64,000 nucleotides of DNA, from assembly GCA_051294905.1 (NCBI GenBank), contig CM119372.1:23066001-23130000 (forward strand), in the 5' to 3' direction. Each line of letters opens with the position of its first letter. Position 1 is the stretch's first letter. A model generated the notes under the pieces. It was given only the letters and a program-made list of their open reading frames with translations. It searched no databases and was not told where the DNA came from. The DNA comes from Botryllus schlosseri. Taxonomy: Eukaryota. This document shows positions 12,153-24,190 of this stretch, piece by piece. The translations under genes were made by a program, and so were the position numbers.

Positions 12153-15100
12153 ATGAGCGATTCATTAGATATGCTGTCGGGGACCCCCCTCAATTCTACG
12201 CCAGGTATCCCTGACAGAACGATATAAAGCATATACCTACGTTACATTCATTTTGATTTCTTAAGATGGGATGGAGCAATCAAATCTTGTTGGCTTCAGC
12301 AATGAAACTCCTAGCAGAATGATGGGCACTGATGATGGAAACGATAGATCTGGTCAGTATATTAGTCGCTTTGAACATTAATTATGAGATAACCAAATAT
12401 AATACTATTTGATCCGTCTCATTTGCTGAGATTGTAGGCTACGCAAAACAAGCTCAGTCCATTGTTGGGAAAAAGTCTCTATTTTTAAGTGATAAGACAT
12501 CTCGAGTCACTCATGTACTCGATTTTGCCCAGCCCTACTGCTACGGTGTATATCAGAGGTCGCGAACTCAAAACGGGTCGCGAGCCACTTTTCAAAATTT
12601 GCCGAGGCCGCGGGCCGCAAGACTTCCATATCGATATAAAACAGGCAACGCTGGTTAACGTTTTCACTACTTCGTTAAGATGGAATGGAGCACACATATG
12701 ACAGCAATGAAGCTCCCAGCAAGACTCCGCTTATCGAGCCTGAAGATGAGGAGTATGAGCCTGAACTCAATTGGTCAGCTGCAACATATACATTTAATCT
12801 ACCCAACAACGTGGAACGTCAGTTAGAAGGCTACCAAGGAATGAATGTGACTTCCATTCCTGCAACCCTTAAAAAGGATATTGTGCGTCTGCTATTTTTT
12901 GACCTGCGGAAATATGCACGGTAGTATGCAAACAATTTTACGGAGGGGAATAGCCTACTAAGAATATACCATTCCTTTATTCACTACAGTTATCCCACAA
13001 AACAACAATACAACACGGTGCTTCAAGCTATGATCAACAAGTACCCTGTCTTGAAGGACAGTATCTTTTTCCCAAATGGATCTGGTTATGTAAGTTGTTA
13101 CTGTATGCATGGATGAGAATAGTGTGACTTTTGTCTCAATCTGATGCATTTCAGGGATCATGGAAAGAGCCGCTGAGAACAAAATTTAAAGAATGGCGTA
13201 GGTCTTCCAAGGCGCAAGAAGTGCTCCAAAAGAAAAAGAAATTTGGAAACAAAAAGAAACACGTCAGTGCTGACAACGAGACAACTACCACCAGGTGTAA
13301 AGTTCCCCGCATTCAATCCCCCATTCCCCCACCAAGTACCGCTGAAGACGACATAAGTGTGCTAGCTCATCAACGTGCCTTGAGAGAAGAATTTCGTAAA
13401 AAGTATCCTGATCCTGTTACCATGGTGTACAGGATGAACCGGACATTGAAAGACCGAAGAGACAAAATTATGGATGGTATGTCGACTCGAAACGTGATGG
13501 AAGTATATCCTCATTTTCAGAGTGCCCGCTGGGTAGGTAACGTCATCATATTCGCAATATTTTTTTTTTATTATCTCAACAACTGAAATTTTTCAGGTCC
13601 TTGAAGAAATGAAACTAATTTGTCACACCTCTGGGTGCATTGATGACCTTTGTAAAGTTGACCTAACCAAAAGAATATTAGAAAACAAGTGCAGCTCCGC
13701 TCAGTTGTTGACAAATGCAAAGCAAGTTCCAGTAGCCATTCAAAAGCTGATGAGTACGTTGTTCACTTTCTGCATTCCTATACTTACATCGTTGCAATTA
13801 GGCTGTTGGTTTTAACAAAACTAACGATCTCGTCAATTATGCAACCAAGTAATTAATTGTCATGCATGATTTGGTATAACTTAATTAGTCATGATCAATT
13901 GTACAGCAATCAACATCAGGACTTGGCATCAGTTTTTGTGGCATTTTTGATCTATGTCAGGGGCAGCTAGCCTGTAGCCTTGGAAGCCAATATGAATAAA
14001 TGGACATAATAGACAATTTAATGCGGATATTTGACTTCAAGTTAGTGCATGCCGACTGTGCGGTGGAGTGCGGCTGTAAGCTGTTTTCATATCAGAAATT
14101 GGGCCTAAATAGAAAAAAAGTTGGTCAAGCCTGATCTATACGAATACCTCCTTAGCAAACAACAAACTTATGCTCTGTAAATTAGTTGTATTTTGTGTTA
14201 CAGAATCTGAAGATCTAGACTGGATGGTGGGTCTACCTACCATTTTTGGCGAAAAATATTCAAACTTCTTCCTGGTTGATCAGGTACGAACATTCATCGA
14301 TATTATCAAGTAGTTGTTTTATTTCAATTATACATAATTCATGATTGTCAGAACCATTCGACAGTCCTAGTCGCAACGTTTTTCCCCACTGTGAAAATCA
14401 CCCAACTAGCATTTTAGAGCAACTATGTAATTATGGTTTAGACCAGGGGCGGACAACTTCTCCAGTCGGCGGGCCGGATACCCCAATTTTATCCAGATAT
14501 CAATTCATTAGGGTTTAGTAAGTGACGAGATAGCATGGTAGTTAAACTATGTGACCTATTATCTCGATATTGAATTCATGCTGCCCGCGGCTTCTACGAA
14601 ATTTGAAAGTGACCCCCCGCCCGTTTTGAGTTGGCGACCCCTGGCATAAGCGGTGTCTTACAGAAGCCTAGAAGTATGTCTTGCTACAAGTCGACGGTTA
14701 CGGAATCAAAAATAAGAATTATTGGCCTAGTGTAAATGACCGTTGTAGTCGACAAAGACCATGATTACCACAACTGACATTAGGTTTGAGTACATCGTAA
14801 ATTACGTTAATGTAATAACTCTTCTCGCTTCGACGAACTTACGCGTAAGCTCCACCCTCGCTCGCTGTGCATTAGGGCTGTTCAAAAATAACTTTTTTTC
14901 CCCGATTCAAGCCGGTCACCTCTTAAATCGTCAGGTTGCAGTAGAAAACCTTGCTCACCAAATTTCACTCGATTCCAACCAGTAATGGCCTCCGCAGATC
15001 CAATTAAAATTTTTAATTTATTATGGAAAATTAAAAAAAAAAATTTCCAAATTTTTCTGCCAACCCCATGAAATTGTTGAGCTGTCTTCAAAGACGTTGC

Positions 15101-17723
15101 AAAACAAATTTGAGTCAATTCCGACCAGTAGAAGCGGAGTTATGTGATTTTTTCGTTGACAAATCGCGGATTATCCACCGATCAAGGATAATCCGGGGAA
15201 TATCATCGAAAAACTCACATAACTCCGCTTCTACTGGTCGGAATTGACTCAAATTTGTTTAGCAACGTCTTTGAAGACAGCTCAACAATTTCATGGGGTT
15301 GGCAGAAAAATTTGGAAATTTTTTTTTTTAATTTTCCATAATAAATTAAAAATTGTAATTGGATCTGCGGAGGCCATTACTGGTTGGAATCGAGTGAAAT
15401 TTGGTGAGCAAGGTTTTCTACTGCAACCTGACGATTTAAGAGGTGACCGGCTTGAATCGGGGAAAAAAAGTTATTTTTGAACAGCCCTACTGTGCATACA
15501 TGTTTATAATGACAAACAGTCACTAAAATTTGACCTATGTCAGCAAGTAGCGGGGAATCTTGGACGACTGGGGACTCGGGCCACACTATCATGTAAGACA
15601 GGGGCGGGCAACTTCTCCAGTCAGCGGGCCGGATATAGGAAAATTAAGTACTTGGCGGGCCGGAATGCTGAATTGATACATTATTCGCCCATTTATCCAC
15701 ATACCCAAGGAATAAATCGTATTTAATGAATGTATTTCAACGACAGCAATGTAACTTCAAAGCTATAGGAATAACATACAGTCACTAAAATTTGATGTAT
15801 GTAATCAAGAACTGGGGTATCTCGGAAGACTGGCGCCGCGGGCCACATTATCATGTAAGACGGAAAACTGTCCGCGGGCCGGATCCGTATCCGCGGGCCG
15901 TATGTTGCCCGCCCCTGAAGTAGACAGTTACGGAATCGAAATATGAAATATCGGCGCAGTGTGAATGGCCATTGTAGTTGAGTACATGGTAAATGCCGAT
16001 AATGGAAGTCTTCTCGCTTCGACGAACTCGCTCGCTGCGCATATACATTAGGGCTGTTCAAAAATAACTTTTTGCTTTGGATTCCAGCCATTCACTGATT
16101 AAATTGTCAGGTTACCCTATGAAACGCTGCACACCAAATTTGGTTCGATTCTATCAAGTATAGGACTCCGCAGATCCAATTAAAATTTTTAATTTATTAT
16201 GGAAAATTTAAAAAAAAAATTCTCAATTTTCCTGCCAATCCCGTGAAATTGTTGAGCTGTCTTCAAAGACGTTGCAAAACAAATTTGAGTCAATTCCGAC
16301 CAGTAGAAGCGGAGGTATGTAAGTTTTTCGTTGATAAATCGCGGATTATCCACCAATCAAGGATAATCCGAGAAATTTCAACGAAAAACTCCAATAACTC
16401 CGCTTCTACTGGTCGGAATTGACTCAAATTTGTTTTGCAACTTCTTTGAAGACAGCTCAACAATTTCATGGGGTTGGCAGGAAAATTTGGAAATTTTCTT
16501 TTTTGAATTTCCCATAATAAATTAAAAATTTTAATTGGATCTGCGGAGGCCTTTACTGGTTGGAATCGAGTGAAATTTGGTGAGCAAGGTTTTCTACTGC
16601 AACCTGACGATTTAAGAGGTGACCGGCTTGAATCGGGAAAAAAAAGTTATTTTTGAACAGCCCTAATATACATGTATATAATAACATACAGTCACTAAAA
16701 TTTGATGTATGTAATCAAGAACTGGGGTATCTCGGAAGACTGGGGCCGCGGGCCACATTATCATGTAAGACCGTAAATTGTCCGCGGGCCTGACAAAATC
16801 CCTTCGCGGGCCGTATGTTGCCCGCCCCTGATGTAAGACGTAAAACTGTCCGCGGGCCGAACAAAATCCCTTTACGGGCCAGATTCGGCCCGCGGGAAGT
16901 ATGTTGCCCGGCCTTTGTTTAGACACATTATATTCCATAAGGTATATAGCCCATTGCTAATAAATTGTTTTTAGTCTAGCAACCATTCATAACTAATGAC
17001 GTTGCTGGGAATTCAGCAGCAGAGCAGTCATATTTTCTATCGCTGCAACTGATGAAATTAGATGAGAGCAATTGATCATTTACTCCTACTCAAACGACCT
17101 GCTGTTGACGATCCCATTCAACCTTTTCATTGCGGTCGCATTGAAGCAGTGGCATACATATTATGGCGTTCCGCAAAGCAATTTCAGGATGTCCGCACAC
17201 TCGATTGACACCTGCCTGTCAAGTCCATATAATGTTCATATGCCCGAGCCAAAGATGGTGAAAGTAGTTAACAAGGCTATACTGAAGTAGAAGTAGAAAG
17301 ACAGAATTTTGCTCAAGTGCAAATATTGTTTTAAAGCAGCTACAAGTAGAAGTAGTTTGACTGTATTTTGATACTACTCAAGTGAGTAAGTATTTTTAGT
17401 AGTTATAATACGCTGCCAATATGTATGTTTGACCTGTTTCACAATACGAAACCTTTCTTTAGATGCCCAAATCAGCTTACCCTACTATTTGCTTTACTGT
17501 GGAAAAGAAGGAGTGGGCGATCTGTTTTGATGGTGAAAAAGTGGGGAGTATCAACAACTTCCATGAAGCATTTGCAGTGATGCTATCGGTCCACTGGATA
17601 TTTGACATTCAGTTTTCGAAAAACATCAAAAATTCTCTGACTTTCATGTCAGTTCTGGCTCATTTGCCCGTGAAAGAGATCAGTTATTCTGTTCGAACCA
17701 AACTCGGAAAAATCCGTGATTAA
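12153..17723 (+). CDS. SAMD3-like EnSpm accessory protein, spliced, ~451 aa
   Basis: Phase-consistent GT-AG exons: 12153-12204, 12266-12352, 12680-12920, 12990-13089, 13155-13532, 13597-13753, 14204-14283, 17463-17723. Motifs YPT..QY..V...INKYP.LKD, GSGYGSWKEPLRTKFKEWRR, LPTIFGE and AFAVMLSVHWIFDIQF resemble SAMD3-like proteins. AATAAA at 17746. The first two exons and the start are less certain. Confidence 0.75.
14873..15489. mobile_element. Foldback hAT MITE (TAGGGCTGTTCAAAAAT), near-perfect 617-bp hairpin
   Basis: Full-length inverted repeat; TSD CTGTGCAT on both sides. Confidence 0.92.
15599..16830 (+). mobile_element. hAT MITE, CAGGGGCGG family, composite inner copy
   Basis: TIR CAGGGGCGGGCAAC/GTTGCCCGCCCCTG; TSD ATGTAAGA. 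An extra internal right TIR ends at 15917. Confidence 0.85.
16049..16665. mobile_element. Foldback hAT MITE (TAGGGCTGTTCAAAAAT), second copy
   Basis: 617-bp inverted repeat; TSD ATATACAT. Confidence 0.92.
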
Positions 17724-20444
17724 TTGGAAAATTGAAAAAGTTTGGAATAAAAGTGATGTTGTGATCTATGTCCACGTGAATTATGAAGATTTATTGTGGA
17801 TATATGTTGTGCGCATCGAAGTCGTTTGACGAAGATATCCGGATAGGATGAGGTGATGTCTATATAGGATGAAGTGGTGGTTTACGGATAGGATAGGGGA
17901 GGAAAATATTCCACCTAAAATAGGTGTGGGAAGCCCACCACCCTCTTAGGGTGGGAACAAATACCTCCTCCTATGGGTGATTTTTGAAACACCTCTGTAA
18001 GGTGGCCACAGTTTTTACAGTGTGCCCTGAATAACTGAGCGCCCCCCACCCCCCTCCCACATACACACACACACGCACATCTAATGATAAAGCGAAAGTT
18101 GTTCTGCATATATTACAATTACCAATAATACATATGAAGCTGTTGCATATGTCATCATACTTATCATTATATTGGGTTTGATATTTTATGAGAACAATTT
18201 AAAATCTCCACGTCCGGCTATGTGAAGTAGGTTTCTGGGTTTCTGCTGTGAGTCTGAAGATTTGTCATGGCATTGAAAGCACGTTCTAAAGCCGGGAGGG
18301 GCAATGAGGAAAAATTTAACTCGATTCCAGGGAAAGTATTTCTACATGATTCAATTGTGTATCCAGAACGATTGATACTAAAAAATGTTGAACTTTAGTG
18401 TGAGCGCTAAATTGTTCTGCAATGTAGACGGCTCTTTAAATCATTTCCTGTTCGGCAATTTCACGGAATGTACTGATTATCCAGTAACGAACTTCTGATT
18501 GGGATATATCCCGAAATAAAATTACCAAAAATAGTTGTGCAGTTTTTCGAGATGATTGCTGTATGCTACTACGTCAAAATTATATAGGCCTATGCGAGCA
18601 GGACAGTTATCAAGTCCAGACAAGCTTGAGAATTGGAAAAGTTCACGTCTTAGTAAATCTCTCTGATATATCACGGGCTTAATACTGAATACAGACAGCG
18701 CCATTTTCACCTTTCATCATCACCAAAAAAGTATAAATTCGACTCATAAAACTTGATGAATAGCCTATGTCCGTCAATTATGAGCGATATCTTTTCTTGC
18801 AACTAGAACTATTGTGGGACAGGGTCGCGTCAGTGTAAAGATTTCACGACCGTTTGAAACAAAGAGGAAAATCGAGTAAGGTGGTTTTGCTTTAAGCTAT
18901 CGCACCTAACTGTGCATCAATATAAGTGTTCAAATACATCGTAATTCTCGCAGTGTTGGGATCAAGTCACTACCTTCGAGTCACGAGTCATTTCGAGTCG
19001 TTGCAGATTTAGACTCGAGTCAAGTCAAGTGAATCGATTTTTGAAGGTGACTCGAGTCAAGTCAAGTCACTCGATTTTCGGAGGTGACTCGAGTCAAGTC
19101 GAGTCAAGTCAAGTCAAGTCACGTGTCAAGTCACAATTCAAGTCAAGTTGCCTTTTCGAAGTATGAGGCATGATTACGTCATTGTACTTTGCTAGCTGTC
19201 TGAAATACAGATTGAGTGGTCATTGATTTTGAGCCGATGAAGCAATGTAGAGTTGAATATACAGTATACACGCAAGACTAAGGCGCTGTATCGCTCACAT
19301 ATACGTAGAACTGTTAAACTACGTAAGTAATTGCATATCTCCAGTTTATAGTTCACTGCCAAAATAGAGAATAGAGATTAGAAACAAATTGATAGGATGC
19401 AATACCTTACCAGTGTTGGGATTAAGTCACTATACCTTCGAGTCACGAGTCATATCGAGTCATTGCAGGTTTTGACTCGAGTCAAGTCAAGTCAATCGAT
19501 TTTCAGAGGTGACTCGAGTCAAGTCAAGTCATTCGTTTTTTGGTGGTGACTCGAGTCAAGTCGAGTCAAGTCAAGTCAAGTCACGAGTCAAGTCACAATT
19601 CAAGTCAAATTGAATTTTCGCAGTATGAGTGATGATTCAAAGTCATTACATTTTACTAGCTGTGTGAAAGACAGATTAATTGATCATTAATCTTGAATCA
19701 AATAACGAATATGTAGTTAAATATACATACAAAAAGACGTATCCCCCACGCATTCGTAGAACTGCTAATAAAATACGTGCGTAACTGTATAGCTACATGA
19801 TACATTCAGTTCTTATCAGACCAAATATATAACCTAATAGTTGAAAGAAATTTATATGGCAAAAAAAAGCCTACACTACCCATCTACACATCAGTGAGAA
19901 TATAAACGCACAGGCACAAACTATATTTGTTCGATTCAAATCATACAAGAGAGTTGGTAATTGTGAGCACTGCGCAACGTAAGCATTGAGCCGTCTAAGA
20001 AACAGAAACACATTGTTATTTAGACCAGTGGTTCTTAACCGCCGGTCCGCGGACCGGTGCCGGTCCGCGACGTCATTCCTGCCGGTCCGCCGAGTATATT
20101 ACAATTTTGCATCTTAAATTCAAGATGCAATGTAAAAGGCCTGTCCATTGATAAAATAAATAAAACATCAAATTTTTAACTGATTCAGAACTTCGTGAGG
20201 TAACATTAGGGCTGGAAACATGTTCGATTTGACTTTAAGTTCAAGACGTGTCATTTGACGACATGCGAGCGACATAAGTACAGAAAAGGTAAGAGCTGAC
20301 TCATCGCTAAACAGCGCAGTTTGCGCGAGCATTCGTCTTCGATTCATTTATTTTGTGCTGGACTGTAGCCATGGCACCCAAAACCGCCCAATTGGATAGG
20401 GGCTGAGCTTGAAAAGAGCCCGTAATTATTTTGCAAATGAACAT

Positions 20445-20961
20445 CAGGGTTGTAACCAAGTCATAAAGTTCCAAGTCGCAAGTCAATCTCACTTTTATAG
20501 TTTTGACTCGAGTCAAGTCGAGTCATTTTCAATTCACCGCCGAGTCAAGTCCGAGTCCAAGTTACTGAGTAGACTGTCGAGTCCGAGTCATAGTGTTCTG
20601 ACTCGAGTCGGAGTCCAAGTCATTGTGTGGACTGTTCAGTTTCGAGTCAATGTCATGTGAAACTCGGTGATATTGAATGCTTCTCATTCAAAATATCATC
20701 ATTTTCCTCATTTTCAACAGTTTTTGGTAGCATTTTCAAGTACCAGTACTGATAGACGAAATAATATCAGTGTAATAACTTTACTATTCTTCGAAATTAC
20801 AATGAAATGCCTGTCTTGGTAGACCCAGTCTCGAGTCATATTACTTGGTCCGAGTCATGCGCAATGACTCGAGTACAAGTCGAGTCAATGCACAAATTGA
20901 CTCGAGTCGAGTCGAGTAATTTTTCATTTTAAAAAAAAGGACTCAAGTCATTCCAACCCAG
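20445..20961 (+). mobile_element. hAT MITE, CAGGGTTGTAA family
   Basis: Starts CAGGGTTGTAACC; TSD ATGAACAT. Homologous to the copies at 45723, 46475 and 34003. Confidence 0.85.
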
Positions 20962-21155
20962 ATGAACATAAATCATAGCGTATTTTTTTGAAACTTTTTC
21001 CAACATTTTTCAATTTCTTTTAGCGCTTTTCACGATTTAGTGTCACTAAATGTCTTGGTTATTAGGTTCCCTTCTCCGAGAAATACGCATGATTTATAGA
21101 AATAGGCATTTGGGCGTCAGCCATTACCGCGCCATGACGTACCAACACATAATAA

Positions 21156-22181
21156 ACAAATTTGAAACGTCTGTCTTCAGGAAACCAACATTCACAGGCC
21201 AATAACTTCGCTGGAATTCATTTAGTCCACGACGCAGAAAAATTAACCTCATAGGCACTCTTGTGCATAGAGCGTTGATGATATGTTCGGGTAACAAACT
21301 GAGTTTAGAACTTGACAACATCCGAAAAATCTTATTTGACAACGGTTACCCTGAACACGTCATCAGCCGTGGCATAGAGAGGAAATTAACGCAATTCAAC
21401 GCAGAAAAACAAACAGAGCCCACCGAACGAACAATAAAAGATGTTTACATCCATCTACCTTGGATTGGCCCCATTTCACCCCGCTTTGAAAAACAATTGA
21501 TTTCTGCGGTCAGTAAGTGTTACGACACAGTCAAAACCAATGTTTTTTTTACGACTACACAACTGCTCCCTTCAACACGCAAAGACGTGCTCCCTGCACT
21601 TCAACAAAGTAATGTAGTGTACGAATATAAGTGCCACTGTGATTGTGGCTATGTGGGAAGAACGTCAAAACGTCTGCAGGAACGCATAAACCAACATGTC
21701 CCCAGATTTATCAGAACACGTACATCACGCTCAGTGAAAAGCTCACCCTTAACTCATCCGCTTAAGATTGATGCTGATCGATCAAAGGCCATTAATTCTG
21801 TCATCGGCAAACATCTGTTAGATAATCCGATTTGTGCGAATAATCATCGAGACGACCGATTTCGAATCGTTGGGCGGGGCCGTTCACAATTCCATTTGTG
21901 TGCCTTGGAGTCGACTTTTATCAAAATACACCAACCAAAAAAACTCTGTCAACAAAAGTAGTTCGTGTACCACCTGAAAATAGTACATTGAACGCTCTCT
22001 CTTTCATGCTGGTGACGTCATATTTTGTGGTACGATTGTTGATGTACAATGTTCTTTCCAATTCTCTACTAGTTGCTGACGATTACCCCTGACGAGTGTC
22101 AGCCGAAAATATTCGGGTTCATATCAATATGAATATACTATTCAATTGTATGTTGAAGTTCTGTACCTCCAAGAAGCTCTT
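21156..22181 (+). mobile_element. Penelope-like retroelement 3' fragment (RT C-terminus + GIY-YIG endonuclease)
   Basis: VFRKPTFTG..(stop)..RKINLIGTLVHRALMICS..NGYP thumb, then VVYEYKCHCDCGYVGRT..L.ERI.QH GIY-YIG (ORF 21263-21961). Flanked by the 13-bp direct repeat CAACACATAATAA (21143-21155, 22182-22194). Confidence 0.9.
22085..22118 (+). ncRNA. Minimal type I hammerhead ribozyme in the Penelope terminal repeat region
   Basis: accc-CUGACGA-gugucagcc-GAAA-auau-UC-gggu contains both conserved core boxes. Stem I is ACCC/GGGU and loop III is palindromic. Confidence 0.75.
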
Positions 22182-23939
22182 CAACACATAATAATGAAGA
22201 TTAGGCTAACACGAAAGGCGTGCCAAAAATTCTGCAGCGAGAAAACCGATTGAGTCATGAATGATGGAAAATTTTCGCTATTGGCGCGATTAAGCTACTC
22301 AAACTCTTTGCATACACATGAGTACAATGAATGTGCTCACAAGTAAAGGTGAAAACATAAGCCCAACTGTAGGGTCTGGAGGCGAAGCCCCCAGAAGTTT
22401 GGCTTATCGCCATATGGAGCCCAAGACCAACGCTTTTGGGGCTGGGCTGACGAAGTGCTTTTTCGGCAGGTATGGCCGTTATAGTTGCTGTAAGGTGTTT
22501 TCTTGCGTCACGCATTGTATTCGTATTTGCCAGAGTAGCCTATGCGTCCGGTGGCAGTGGGCAGGGAGCAAGGCAGCACAACAAGGTGCTTGGTTCGACT
22601 CCAAAACGCTTCTTGTCTCGATATTGTCAAAGAGAAGAATATAATTCGAGTTGGCGTGGTCGGTTAAACTCGCGGCCTTCGGTGCGAAAGACTGTAAACG
22701 ACTCTCGTCGGCAGCACGTTTATCTGGACAAGGCAATTTTACATCGACTCAGCAGACTGACTACCATGAAATCACATGGATGGCATCATGAAGATAATAA
22801 ATTACGATCAAAACCTCTGAAATGTCACTCTCTAGCACCAAATAATTGCAAAAACGGTTGCATGCTTGACATTTTGGCTTCATTTCAATTTTGAAAGTTC
22901 ACCGGTCCGCCAGACATTTTTTGAAATTTTACCGGTCCGCGAGGTGAAAAAGGTTGAGAACCACTGATTTAGACCATAATCTTCTGCTAGTACTACTAAG
23001 ACGACGTAAGCTGTGATTGTTTAGTTTGCGGTCAATTTATTTGTGATCTAACAGTCGAGGATCCGTGTATCGTACAATCAGTGAATGACTGGTTGCTCTC
23101 ACAAGTGACACGGGCGTATCTTGAACAATTCGAACATACACAAGATACAGTGATTTAATCGACACCGTTTACTTGATGACTTGAAATTGACTCGAAAATT
23201 TTGCTTCGAGTCACGAGTCAATGCACATTTTTGAAGCTCCGAGTCAAGTCAAGTCAAGTCAAGTCATTTTTCCAAAGTGACTCGAGTCAAGTCAAGTCAT
23301 ACGAAAAATTTGACTCGAGTCATCCCAACACTGTACATTACCCATTTAAAAATTGATATGATACAATTCGAGCCTGCTCCAATGGTTGAGGACTATATAA
23401 ACTATTCGAATTCAATTTCAATAAAACAAGAGGTGTGGTTAAGTTAAGAACAGAAATATACATTTTGCTACCAAATTACTTTACTACTAGTTTACGACAA
23501 CGTAAGCTGTAAGCTTCGATCACTTTGTTTGCGGTCAATTTATTTGTGAGATAACAATGGAGGCTCAGTAAAACGCACGGTCATAGAATGATTGGTCGTT
23601 CTCACGGGCCACACCAGCGTTTCGCGAACAATCCGACAATATGCAAGATACATTGATTTTTATCGACACCCATTACTTGATGACTTGAAATTGACTCGTG
23701 AATTTTGCTCCGAGTCACGAGTCAATCCACATTTCTGATACGCCGAGTCAAGTCAAGTCAAGTCATTTTAGCAATGTGACTCGAGTTAAGTCAATTCATA
23801 CGAAAAAGGTGACTCGAGTCATCCCAACACTTGTTCTCACCACACAATATTCTTTCTGGTGATTCTGCGGACTGCTGAATCAGTCCATGCTGGATGGGCA
23901 GGATATATATTGTTAAGTAGCAATCGAATTTTTCGGTAC

Positions 23940-24190
23940 CGCCGCTTGAACAAACTGTCGCCCGGATCGGCCATAAATTGCCTTGACGTCACCGATTTTG
24001 CAGTTTTTACTGCATATTTTGCTGTTTTATTCATCAATCGTTTCAACACTACCCAGCAATTGCCGTCTAAACCTCCACCGCCCCATTTACTCTCAGCTCC
24101 ACCCTGCCGCCCAATTTGTAGCCAGCGCCACCCAATCGCCCATTTCATCACCAGTGCCCCCAGGGCTGGCGCCCACTTTGGGAAGCACTG
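23940..24190 (-). mobile_element. Partial hAT MITE (GGGGCG-rich, CAGTG terminus)
   Basis: Ends TTGGGAAGCACTG; its GGGGCG motifs resemble 31348-31702. The other end is not clear. Confidence 0.5.

Larger units (their letters stand above)
14444..16916 (+). mobile_element. hAT (Buster/Charlie-like) MITE, CAGGGGCGG family, outer copy with nested inserts
   Basis: TIR CAGGGGCGGACAAC / GTTGCCCGGCCTTT; TSD GTTTAGAC at 14436-14443 and 16917-16924. Confidence 0.8.
9574..18022 (+). mobile_element. EnSpm/CACTA-like (CACTG) DNA transposon, internally deleted, with nested insertions
   Basis: TIR CACTGTAAAAA (9574) and TTTTTACAGTG (18022), with TG on both flanks (2-bp TSD). Encloses the transposase fragment and the SAMD3-like gene. 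Confidence 0.88.
20026..22966 (+). mobile_element. hAT MITE, CAGTGGTTCT(C/T)AACC family (GGTCCGC subterminal repeats)
   Basis: TIRs CAGTGGTTCTTAACC/GGTTGAGAACCACTG; TSD ATTTAGAC. Homologous to 24875-28299 and 43473-45247. Confidence 0.9.
19411..23333 (+). mobile_element. CAGTGTTGGGA-family hAT MITE nested in its own family
   Basis: TIRs CAGTGTTGGGAT/ATCCCAACACTG; TSD TACCTTAC/TACATTAC. Confidence 0.85.
18951..23831 (+). mobile_element. CAGTGTTGGGA-family hAT MITE, outer copy of a multi-level nest
   Basis: Left half 18951-19410 and right half 23334-23831 are collinear with the intact copy at 49666-50641. The TSD is degraded. Confidence 0.8.

Noticed and set aside
14882..15480. Near-identical 78-aa ORFs on opposite strands
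   Set aside because: An artefact of the foldback palindrome, with no coding signature.
18951..19620. GACTCGAGTCAAGTC arrays as a CRISPR-like or satellite array
   Set aside because: These are irregular subterminal motifs inside TIR- and TSD-bounded MITEs. There is no repeat-spacer regularity and the context is eukaryotic.
22255..22894. Overlapping ORFs recurring at 25045-25383 and 44601-44968
   Set aside because: Internal MITE sequence. Frames and stops are not conserved between copies.
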